From Longimicrobiales bacterium (GTDB taxonomy: Bacteria > Gemmatimonadota > Gemmatimonadetes > Longimicrobiales > Gaopeijiaceae): a DNA stretch of 64,000 nucleotides. Of this stretch, positions 49,101-55,432 are shown piece after piece. Position numbers and translations under genes: made by a program. The number at the start of each line of letters is the position of its first letter. The stretch's first letter is position 1. The stretch spans positions 672,001-736,000 of the forward strand of contig OZ241892.1 of NCBI GenBank assembly GCA_965203485.1. The letters are read 5' to 3'. The notes beneath the pieces are model-generated. The model was not told where the DNA came from. It searched no databases and was given only the letters and a program-made list of their open reading frames with translations.

Positions 49101-52100
49101 GCGGTGGCGGTGACGGGCACGCCCGAGCTGGCGCTCGGCATCGGCGCTGCGACGCGGCAGGCGGGCTACGCGAGCGGGAGCGGCACGTCCGAGCTCGAGT
49201 TCGCGTACGTGGTTCAGGCGGCGGACGCCGACAGGGACGGGATCAGCGTTGGCGCGGGCGCGCTGTCGCTGAGCGGCGGGACGCTGGTGGTCGCGGGCGG
49301 CACGGCGGCGGCGGTTCTGTCGCTGGGCAGCCACGCGATAGTGAACGCGAGCGGCCACGCCGTCGCCGGCACGCTCGAGGCGGCGCCGGTCGTGACGGGC
49401 GCGCGGCTGGTATCGTCGCCTGCGAACGGGAGCGCGTACGGGTTGAGCGAGCGGATCGCCGTCGCGCTGGCGTTCAGCCGTCCGGTCGACGTTGCGGGCG
49501 CGCCGCAGCTGGCGCTGGGCATCGGGAGCGCGACGCGGCAGGCGGGCTACGCGAGCGGGAGCGGCACGGCCGAGCTGGTGTTCGGCTACGTCGTCGCGGG
49601 CGGCGACGCCGACGCCGACGGCGTGAGCGTCGCGGCGGGCGCGCTGGCCTTGAACGGCGGGACGATCGTGATCGCGGGCGGGCGCGTGGCGGCGGTGCTG
49701 TCGCTGGGCACGCACGCGCTGTCGAACGTCGCGGGCCACCTGGTGGACGGGAGCGCCGAGACGGCGCCTGCCGTGGCGGGCGTGACGCTGGCGAGCGCGC
49801 CGATCGGCGGCGGGCGCTACGAGCTGGGCGAGGAGATCCGCGTGCACGTGCGCTTCGACCGCGCCGTCGCCGTGACGGGCTCGCCGCAGCTGGCGCTGAC
49901 GATCGGCGCGCAGACGCGCACGGCGCGCTTCGTGCGCGTCGTCGGCTACGGCGCCGCCGCGCGCGCGGGCTGGGCCGGCGTCGCGGCGGGCTATGCAGGC
50001 GCGCGCTGGGCCGGCGGGTCGGCGGGCGGCGCAGGCGGTTCCGCCGGCGCGTTGGGCGCGACGCAGGGCGCGGCGCTCGAGTTCGCGTACGCCGTTCAGG
50101 CGGCGGACGCCGACGCGGACGGATTGAGCGTGGGCGCGGGCGCGCTGTCGCTGAACGGCGGCGCGATCACGCTGCTGGGCGGCACGGCGGCGGCTGGACT
50201 GTCGCTGGGCGGCCACGCGCTGACGAACGTCGGCGGCCACTTGGTGGACGGCAGCGTCGTGTCGCCGCCTGCGGTCGCGGGCGTCGAAGCGAGCCGTCCG
50301 CAGTCGGGCGGCCGGTGGCGCGCCGGCCAGACGATCGAGATCGCCGTCGTGTTCGACCGGCCGGTGAGCGTGACGGGCGGCCCGCGTCTGGCGCTGGCGA
50401 TGGGCACGCGCACGGTTCACGCCGCGCTGGCGTCGGCGAGCGGGCGGCGCGTCGAGTTCGCGTACGAGGTGCGTCCTCACGACCGCGCGCCGAACGGGAT
50501 CGCGCTGGCCGCCGGCGCGCTGGACGCGAGCGGCGCCGCGATCGTGTCGGCCGCCGACGGTTCGACGCCGGCCGCGCTGTCGCTGGGCAGCCATGCGTTC
50601 GCAAGCGATCCGACGCGCAGGGTCGAGGGCGGCGGCGGCGAGCCGGAGCCGGGGCGGCCGCCGAAGTTCGGGGCCGAGTCGTACGCGTTCGAGCTGGCCG
50701 AGAACGTGGCGGGCGCCGTCGTCGTGGGCGCCGTGAGCGCCGTGGACCCGGACGAGGGCGACGAGGTGTACTACCGGCTGCGCGAGGGCGGCGGCGGCCT
50801 GTTCGAGGTGGACGAGACGAGCGGCGAGGTCAGCTACGTCGGCGCGGGCGAAGACTACGAAGCCGGCCCGCGCGAGCACGCGCTCGTCGTGTCGGCCGCC
50901 GACGTCGGCGGCCTCGCGTCGACCGTCCGCGTGACGGTGAAGGTGACGAACGCGAACGAGGCGCCGGCGTTCGAGCGGGCGAGCTGGACGTTCGAGCTGG
51001 CCGAGAACGCGGCCGGACCGATAGTGCTGGGCACGGTCAGCGCGACCGACCCGGACGAGGGCGAGGCGCTGTCGTACAGCCTCGTCTCGGGCGGCGGCGG
51101 CCTGTTCGAGCTGGACGCTGCGAGCGGCGCCGTGCGCTACGTCGGCGCCGGCGAAGACTACGAGACGGGCCCGCGCGAGCACGCGCTGGCCGTCGCCGTC
51201 GCCGACGCGGGCGGGCTGCGAGCGGCGGCCGGCGTCGTGATAGCCGTCGCCGACGCCGACGAGGCGCCCGTGTTCGAGCGGGCGAGCTGGACGTTCGAGC
51301 TGGCCGAGAACGCGGCCGGGCCCATAGTGCTGGGCACGGTGTCGGCGACCGACCCGGACGAGGGCGAGGCGCTGTCGTACAGCCTCGTCTCGGGCGGCGG
51401 CGGCCTGTTCGAGCTGGACGCTGCGAGCGGCGCCGTGCGCTACGTCGGCGCCGGCGAGGACTACGAGACGGGCCCGCGCGAGCACGCGCTCGTCGTCGCC
51501 GCGACGGGCGCCGACGGCCTCGCCGCGCAGGCGGCCGTCGTCGTGACGGTCGCCGACGTGAACGAGGCGCCCGTGTTCGAGCAGGCGAGCTGGACGTTCG
51601 AGCTGGCCGAGAACGCTGCCGGCCCGCTCGCCGTCGGCGCCGTCGCCGCCGCCGACGAGGACGAGGGCGACGTGCTGTCGTACAGCCTCGTCTCGGGCGG
51701 CGGCGGCCTGTTCGAGCTGGACGCTGCGAGCGGCGCCGTGCGCTACGTCGGCGCCGGCGAGGACTACGAGACGGGCCCGCGCGAGCACGCGCTCGTCGTC
51801 GCCGCGACGGACAGGGGCGGCCTGGCGGCGACGGCGAACGCGACCGTCGTCGTGACCGACGTCAACGAGGCGCCCGAAGCGACCGCGCAGATCGCCGTCG
51901 CGGCGCTCGACGCGCACGGCGCGGCCGTGCAGGAGACGCTGGACGCGTACTTCCGGGACCCGGACGGCGACGCGCTCGCGTACGCCGCCGAGTCGTCGGA
52001 CACGGCGGTGGCGGCGGCGAGCGTGGCGGGCGGCGTGCTGACCATCCGGCCGTTCGCGATCGGCACGGCGAGCGTGACCGTGACGGCGACCGATCCCGGC

Positions 52101-53882
52101 GGGCTGGCCGCCGAGCAGACCGTCGCCGTCGTCGTCGAGGCGTCGCGCTCCGAGCGAGCGCGCGTGCTCGAGGGCGCGCTGGCCGCGTTCGGGCGCTCGC
52201 TCGGCGCCGAGGCCGTCGACGTGATCGGCGGCAGGCTCGGGATCGAGTCGGCCGGCGGACTCGGACGCTCGCACCTCCAGCTCGGAGGACGCTCCATCGC
52301 CTGCGACGGCGGCGCGACAGGCGGCGGCGCGTGCGGCTGGCGGGCGCTCGCGCGCTCGGCGTCCGGCCTGCTCGGCGTCCAAGTCGCGTTGCCGACCACC
52401 GGCGGTCCGCGCGGCGCGCAGTCCGCCGGCGCGCTCGACCCGGCCGCGCTGCTCTTCGGCGGCCCGGGCGTTGCAACCGGTGGCGCCGGCGGGCTTGGCG
52501 GACTCGGCATGGGCGGCGACTACCAGGGCCAGCAGGAGCCCGCGCCGCCCACGCCGGGCGGCGTGACGCTCAACCCGCTGTCGGGCGGCGACCTGCTCGA
52601 GCGCAGCTCGTTCCAGCTCTCGCTCGGCGGCGGCGCGGCCAGCGACTCGGGCGCGTTCGGCGCGCAGGACGCCGCCGGCCTGCGTCCCGGCTGGACCGTC
52701 TGGGGCCGCGCCGGCATGGGCGGCTACGAGGGCCGCCCGGCCGACGGCCTGCGCTTCGGCGGCGGGCGCGCTCGCTCGGCGCACCTCGGCGCCGACTACC
52801 GCTTCGCGTCCGGCCTGCTCGTCGGCGTCGCCGGCGCGCGCAGCAGCTTCGAGACCGAGTTCGAGAGCGCCGTCAACGGCGCGGGCTCCGTCGCCGCGAG
52901 CCTGACCAGCGTGCATCCCTACGTGCACTGGTCGCCCACCGGAGGACTCGGCCTCTGGGCCCTCGCAGGCGCAGGAACCGGCGACGCGACGCTCGACGAA
53001 GCCGCCGGCGGCCGGTTCGGCGCCGACATCGCGATGCTGATGGGCGCGCTCGGTGCGCGCCGCGAGCTGGCCGGCGGCATCGCGCTCAAGGCCGACGCGT
53101 TCTCCGTGCGCGTCCGCTCCGACGACGCGGCCGACCTGGCAGGCGTGACCGCGCGCGCGCACCGCGTCCGGCTCGCGCCCGAAGTCGCGAAGACCTGGGC
53201 GCTCGGCGGCGAAGCGTCGCTGCGCACGCGGCTCGAGCTCGGCGCGCGCCTCGACGCCGGCGACGCCGAGACCGGGTTGGGCGCCGAGGCCGGCGGCGAA
53301 GCGTCGTTCGACCACGCGCCCACCGGCCTGTCCGTCGCGATGCGCGGGCGCGCGCTGCTCGCGCACCAGGCCGAGGGCTTGCGCGAATGGGGCGCCGGCG
53401 TCTCGTTCCGGCTCCAGCCCGGCGGGACCGCCGAAGACGGCCTGTCGCTCTCCGTCGAGCCGGCATGGGGCGCCGCCACCGGCGCCACCGGCGAACTCTG
53501 GCGCCAAGGCCCCGCCGCCATCGGTCCCGCCGCCCAGGCGGCGCACCCGGTTGCGCACCAGGCCGCGCCGTCCGGCTGGGCGCCCGGACGCATGGCCATG
53601 GAACTCGGCTGGGGCGTCGCGCTCGACAACGGCGCCACGATCACGCCCTTCGGACGCTGGAGCCAGGACGCAGGCGCCGGCCAGCGCTTCAACGCCGGCG
53701 CGCGCTTCTCGCTGCTCGGCCAGTCCGTCCAGTCCAGCACGGGCACCGGCGCCCACTCGCCCGCCGCCGGCCCCGCCGAGAGCCTGCGCTTCATCCTCCA
53801 CCTCTACGGCGAGCACGCCTCCTCGCCCCTCGAACCCCCGCAACGCCGCCTCGGCCTGGCAGGCGCCATCCAGCTCAGGTAG
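40110..53882 (+). CDS. Giant autotransporter-type adhesin (~4,590 aa): signal peptide, 27 Ig-like repeats, 4 cadherin repeats, 1 cadherin-like Ig domain, C-terminal beta-barrel
   Basis: Signal ending APLSA-Q; ~125-aa repeats (V.F...V.VTGTPQLAL.IG..TRQA.YASG.G...L.F.Y.V...D.D.DG.S....L.LNGG.I); cadherin motifs F.LAEN, ATDPDEG, DYE, DVNEAP; helix then amphipathic strands (WTVWGR, LGADYRF, HPYVHWSP). ATG 40110 follows GAGG; 40098 and 40065 are alternatives. Confidence 0.9.
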   Translation: MSTHEARKAETRPTPLRPTGWLARAMPVARTSLAALGLLAAFGTTAPAPLSAQTTPPAVSGVGITSDAGSDSTYVEGDTIKVLVVFSESVDVTGTPQLALTVDTMTRQASYVSGTGNDSLAFHYVLPVTSTDRDADGISIAASALALNGGTIRRAGGTVDAVLGLGAHAVSNDRNHQVARRPAMAPIHFQTNPASDQTFAAGEVVHLRITWTDRVDKPNWQAMRLAIEIGEDTVTAIPHQQNPWAVWFRYTVTEADLDENGISLPENALTNIGSVRLEGTLVEADNDLSAVTLTDTATHKVNGAKAVPHVTNTTIESDAGNDSTYARGDVIEIGIWFNEDVDVTGSPRLAMAVGTETRQAVYFAGTGGSSLVFRYEVGPGDVDTNGISIGSEALTLNGGTIRRAGSATVNAYLGLRVHRVADADTHKVDGTAGPPAVTKVLVTSDAGTDSTYAANDTVQVAVVFNESVDVTGTPRVALGIGLQTRQASYAGGTGTDSLTFRYVVASGDADADGLSIGASALALNGGTIKRAGAAVDATLSTANFVVVNAAAHKVLGSGATIVTGTSFASDAGTDSIYVEGDTVAVEVVFNQAVDVTGTPQLALVLSAVRQASYVSGTGTTTLTFKYVVAAGDSDTNGISYGRNALTLNGGTIRRAGTAVDVYLSLWTHVATDDRAHRVWEIPKVSSVSIPSSAGADQTWASGDIIDFFVVFDRAIAASVTASSGIHLTIGEDVRSGYIHNVNTGTRTLHWRYVPVQADLDADGLSVDSVTFGGSDYVRTAGAPAGAANANLDFTPIANASAHKVNGAQAVPHVTGTVVASDAGNDSTYAEGDTIEVGLVFSENVDVTGAPRLALGIGTATRQARYVAGTGGDSLVFRYVVGAGDEDADGLSVGAGALALGAGGTIRRAGSATVNAYLGLRVHTIANASAHKVALTPPSVSGVFFVTPANTGLAYASTDSVFGLADEIRAAVSFGVAVTAAGTPQLALGIGTQTRSAVLCDTTGANVLVFCYTVVAADSDSDGISVGANALTLPGGATLRATGSTTGANLSLAPWNFANSALFQVDGSKEVAPGVSGVAIASDAGTDSTYHRFEAIRVEVGFDRAVDVVGTPQLALGIGAATRQAGYASGTGTSTLTFQYSVGPSDSDADGVSIAASALALNGGTIEIAGGSAAAALGLGSHAIANAAAHKVAGDRPVVTGVSLGSPVTGDVFERGDTIEARVSFGRWVTVTGTPQLALTIGTATRQASYASGSGSGSLAFRYVVASGDADADGLSVGAGALGLNGGTIAVTGGTANALLELQTWHVITNSAGHKVDGGTLTAASVSGVSVASVPSGGDTYLLGDTIDVAVAFTRLVAVTGTPQLAIGIGSSTRQASYASGTGTDTLLFRYAVVAADADTNGLSIAAGALGLNGGTIADARDVSVAAGLGLGSSAVSNSTGHKVDGSRVRPARVLSVTLNTVPPTSQWNQFVAGDWMQVTVEFSAAVDVVGTPQVAIVIGTATRQAAYASGTGTATLVFRYQMHGYDPRDDDGIGVARDALALNGGTIRRAGSSDAALLDFGRAYTGTATNPAHRAGVSGIAVSSPGSGGTYGVGETIEVTVSLSHTAVLVSGAGPQLALGIGTQTRQASMVLGGGNTYNPLRFRYVVQAADADADGISIAANAITGGNVQSQHSVRPPFWGLGRLAIANDGMRKVDGSLGAVVSGLSIGSPPSGDTFERGDAIEVAVAFNRAVDVAGTPQLALAVDTLTRQASYASGTGTDTLVFRYVVVAADADTLGISIAANALSLNGGTIRQAGGTTNAVLGLGGHAVTNSSGHKVDGGTLTAASVSGVAITSAPSSDSTYGRTERIEVAVEFVRAVTVTGTPQLALGIGTATRQAAYASGSGTRTLVFRYVVVAADADSTGISIGASALALNGGAINDARDGTAAASLGLGSHAVANDRSHKVDGSLGPPGVTGLSIGSPAVDTTFERGETIEVSVVFSRPVDVGGTPQLALGIGSATRQADYASGTGTDTLVFRYVVVAADADADGISIAAGALTLNGGTIRLAGGTLDAMRDLGANAVVNSAGHTVAGGTFTTPSVSAVTVSSAPASASTYELGESIEVKVAFSRPVAVTGTPRLALGIGTATRQADYDSASSSADTLVFGYAVRPADVDADGLSIAAGALALNGGTINDARPGATAASLDLGSNAITNAASHKVNGGLGPPGVTGLAVAPPPAGAVFERGDTIVATVRFNKAVDVTGTPQLALGIGTQTRQAAYASGTGTAALVFRYVVATADVDLDGLSVGASALALNGGTIDVSGGTTDALLSLERHAFENFLVVNGGLFTASSASGVSISSSPASDSTYGRTERIEVEVTFDRAVAVTGTPQLALTIGDSTRQASYASGTGTKTLAFGYVVVAADADANGLSVGPAALALNGGAIDDARDASEAAGLGLGSHAISNAAAHKVNGSLGPPGVTGVTLGSPPVGTTFERGDTIVAALAFNRAVDVTGAPQLALGIGSATKQAVYASGSGTSSLEFRYVVVTADVDADGLSVATTALGLNGGTVRLAGGTLDATLGLGTHAISNSAGHKVAGGTFTASGVTGVAVASSPASGATYGLGERIEVRVTFARAVAVTGTPQLALGIGAATRQADYAGGTGTPQLAFGYVVVAGDADSDGLSIGASALALNGGTIADGRDGSTAAALGLGSSAVADAAGHRVDATRGPPGVMGVTIGSPQVGDTFERGDTVEVEVEFNKPVAVTGAPQLALGIGAATKQAGYAGGSGTAALAFRYVVVSADADADGLSVAAGALALNGGTIKVSGGTADALLGLGAHAVANSAGHKVAGGTFTASSPSAASVTSAPASGDTYGLSERIEVRVTFARPVVVTGAPQLALGIGAATKQAGYAGGSGTRALVFGYVVASADADADGISVGASALSLNGGAIADARDGSTAAGLGLGSSAIANAGAHKVDGSVEGAPAVAGARLASAPSGGGSYGLGEEIRVAVRFDRAVAVTGTPELALGIGAATRQAGYASGSGTSELEFAYVVQAADADRDGISVGAGALSLSGGTLVVAGGTAAAVLSLGSHAIVNASGHAVAGTLEAAPVVTGARLVSSPANGSAYGLSERIAVALAFSRPVDVAGAPQLALGIGSATRQAGYASGSGTAELVFGYVVAGGDADADGVSVAAGALALNGGTIVIAGGRVAAVLSLGTHALSNVAGHLVDGSAETAPAVAGVTLASAPIGGGRYELGEEIRVHVRFDRAVAVTGSPQLALTIGAQTRTARFVRVVGYGAAARAGWAGVAAGYAGARWAGGSAGGAGGSAGALGATQGAALEFAYAVQAADADADGLSVGAGALSLNGGAITLLGGTAAAGLSLGGHALTNVGGHLVDGSVVSPPAVAGVEASRPQSGGRWRAGQTIEIAVVFDRPVSVTGGPRLALAMGTRTVHAALASASGRRVEFAYEVRPHDRAPNGIALAAGALDASGAAIVSAADGSTPAALSLGSHAFASDPTRRVEGGGGEPEPGRPPKFGAESYAFELAENVAGAVVVGAVSAVDPDEGDEVYYRLREGGGGLFEVDETSGEVSYVGAGEDYEAGPREHALVVSAADVGGLASTVRVTVKVTNANEAPAFERASWTFELAENAAGPIVLGTVSATDPDEGEALSYSLVSGGGGLFELDAASGAVRYVGAGEDYETGPREHALAVAVADAGGLRAAAGVVIAVADADEAPVFERASWTFELAENAAGPIVLGTVSATDPDEGEALSYSLVSGGGGLFELDAASGAVRYVGAGEDYETGPREHALVVAATGADGLAAQAAVVVTVADVNEAPVFEQASWTFELAENAAGPLAVGAVAAADEDEGDVLSYSLVSGGGGLFELDAASGAVRYVGAGEDYETGPREHALVVAATDRGGLAATANATVVVTDVNEAPEATAQIAVAALDAHGAAVQETLDAYFRDPDGDALAYAAESSDTAVAAASVAGGVLTIRPFAIGTASVTVTATDPGGLAAEQTVAVVVEASRSERARVLEGALAAFGRSLGAEAVDVIGGRLGIESAGGLGRSHLQLGGRSIACDGGATGGGACGWRALARSASGLLGVQVALPTTGGPRGAQSAGALDPAALLFGGPGVATGGAGGLGGLGMGGDYQGQQEPAPPTPGGVTLNPLSGGDLLERSSFQLSLGGGAASDSGAFGAQDAAGLRPGWTVWGRAGMGGYEGRPADGLRFGGGRARSAHLGADYRFASGLLVGVAGARSSFETEFESAVNGAGSVAASLTSVHPYVHWSPTGGLGLWALAGAGTGDATLDEAAGGRFGADIAMLMGALGARRELAGGIALKADAFSVRVRSDDAADLAGVTARAHRVRLAPEVAKTWALGGEASLRTRLELGARLDAGDAETGLGAEAGGEASFDHAPTGLSVAMRGRALLAHQAEGLREWGAGVSFRLQPGGTAEDGLSLSVEPAWGAATGATGELWRQGPAAIGPAAQAAHPVAHQAAPSGWAPGRMAMELGWGVALDNGATITPFGRWSQDAGAGQRFNAGARFSLLGQSVQSSTGTGAHSPAAGPAESLRFILHLYGEHASSPLEPPQRRLGLAGAIQLR
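50960..51875 (+). repeat. Three near-identical ~300-bp cadherin-coding tandem repeats
   Basis: GCGAGCTGGACGTTCGAGCTGGCCGAGAACG...GGCCCGCGCGAGCACGCGCT recurs with ~300-nt period. Confidence 0.9.
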
Positions 53883-53909
53883 ACCCCCGACGCGCGGCTC
53901 CGCCGGCCA

Positions 53910-53965
53910 AAGCGCGCCAAGCCCCCCGCACCGGCCCCTCGGCCGTGGCGAGGCTTGGCGCGCTT
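53910..53965 (+). terminator. GC-rich hairpin downstream of the adhesin
   Basis: 14-bp inverted repeat AAGCGCGCCAAGCC / GGCTTGGCGCGCTT; no long U-tract. Confidence 0.5.
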
Positions 53966-54191
53966 CCGCCGAGCGCCGCCAAGCCGCCCTCGCATTCGCC
54001 CCAATCGATATCCGCGCCGCTTCCGACCGTTCGAGCCGAAGTTCGGGGGTCGGCAACGGCGAATCCGACGGGTGACGCTGGGACGCGGGGGCGGGCGGAA
54101 GACAGCTTTGTGCAGGGGGTTCCCGACGAACAGAGTGCGACGTGGGCGTGCGTGGACCGCACGAGTGGCGTGCCGAAGGGGCCGATGTCGG

Positions 54192-54326
54192 GACGGCCGC
54201 CGCAACGACGGGACGACGACGAGTGAGAGACACGAGTTGCGCCGCTCGAAACGGGCGAACAAGCAGTTGCGCCTCGAGCGCGACACTCCAAAGAGTACGG
54301 CGGCGGCCTGGTTCGCCCGGGGGAGT
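54192..54326 (+). mobile_element. IS3-family orfA (transposase) remnant
   Basis: DGRRNDGTTTSERHELRRSKRANKQLRLERDTPKSTAAAWFAR resembles the IS3 OrfA C-terminal zipper (GLTT.EREEL.RLRREN.QLR.ERDIL.KAAAWFA). No orfB. Confidence 0.75.
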
Positions 54327-54469
54327 CCACGGCGAATGAGGACTTCCGCCGACGCACGGAATCCAGCCGTCGGCGCTGCCTCCGCTCCGATGTCGTTCAA
54401 GTTCGCCGGGACGCACCGTGTCGTGTTCCCGGTCCGCGCGATGTGCCCTAGCCTAGCCAAGCTGGGGCC

Positions 54470-55432
54470 GTGATCTGGCCGTGGTGGCGAGCCCCGGCGG
54501 TCCTGCCGGCGTTGGCCGCTCTCAGGCGCGGGTGGTTGCGATCGAGGCAAGCCGCCCGAAGAGACTGGCGCCGCTCCAGGTCGATCGTGACTCCGGACGC
54601 GTTTTCGGTCTCGTCGCAGCTGGTGGGAACGCCGCTCGCCACGCCACGTCGGCGCTTGGCCGCGATCGTCGTGGATCTGTCGTTGCTCGCGCTCCTGAAA
54701 TGGCTGAGCTGGCGCCTGCTCCTGGGCGGCGCGACGCTGATGCTGTTCTTGGCGCTCGTGCGCACCCCCGGCGCGGGGAGGTGGCGGCGAACCCTCGTGG
54801 GTTGCGGAGGCACGGCGCTCGCGGCCGCCACAGTCTTCGCGACGTTCCTGCCGACGCTCTGGCGCGCGGGGATTCTCGTGCCCGATGGAGCGCAGGAGGT
54901 GATCGAGCTGGTGGACAGCTTGGCGGCCGCCGAGGCCGCGGCCCAACCGGACGCGAGCGCGGAAACGGGCGATTCCGCCGAGTTCGCATTGTCGGCCACC
55001 GTCCCGTCCGCTCAGGAGGAACCAGCCGCCGCGCCGGATCCGGCGGCGGACGAGCGGCCCTCCACGGCCGTCGCCTGGGTCCGCGACCTCGCCGACGAAG
55101 CCGGCCTGATCTTCGGCTGGGGCACCGTGTACCTCACGCTGTTCCCGGCCCTCTGGCAGGGCCGGACGCCGGGCAAGCGGTTGCTGGGTCTGCGCGTGGT
55201 CCGGGTCGTGGGCGCACCGCTGGGCCTGCTGCGCTGCTTCGAGCGGACGGGAGGCTACGCCGCTGGCTTCGCGACGGGACTGTTCGGCTTCGCCCGCGTG
55301 TGGTGGGACCCGAACCGCCAAGCCATCCACGACAAGATCGCCGAGACCGTGGTCGTCCGAGAGCGAGGTTGGCCGGCGCGAGGCGCTACAAGCGATGGCG
55401 CTCCTGCAACACGGCGACCGACGCCAGCATGA
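54470..55432 (+). CDS. RDD family membrane protein
   Basis: LATPRRRLAAIVVDL, GRTPGKRLLGLRVV, NRQAIHDKIAETVVV. Start uncertain. Confidence 0.85.
   Translation: MIWPWWRAPAVLPALAALRRGWLRSRQAARRDWRRSRSIVTPDAFSVSSQLVGTPLATPRRRLAAIVVDLSLLALLKWLSWRLLLGGATLMLFLALVRTPGAGRWRRTLVGCGGTALAAATVFATFLPTLWRAGILVPDGAQEVIELVDSLAAAEAAAQPDASAETGDSAEFALSATVPSAQEEPAAAPDPAADERPSTAVAWVRDLADEAGLIFGWGTVYLTLFPALWQGRTPGKRLLGLRVVRVVGAPLGLLRCFERTGGYAAGFATGLFGFARVWWDPNRQAIHDKIAETVVVRERGWPARGATSDGAPATRRPTPA

Noticed and set aside
39329..53882. Diversity-generating retroelement (39329-39550 as TR, adhesin 3' end as VR)
   Set aside because: About six mismatches fall on adenines of the upstream copy, but at least as many do not and there are indels. 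The target is a barrel strand region rather than a C-type-lectin fold, and there is no reverse transcriptase in the window.
40083..54416. 4,777-aa minus-strand ORF and 3,026-aa alternate plus-frame ORF (45146-54226)
   Set aside because: Arg/His/Gly-rich shadows of the repetitive high-GC adhesin gene, with no domain-like content.
5697..55432. Convergent 3' overlaps (rho/SRPBCC 41 nt, MFS/ykvI 98 nt, RDD/asnB 47 nt) as antisense regulation
   Set aside because: Common in high-GC genomes where stop codons are scarce; the overlapping tails are low-complexity.
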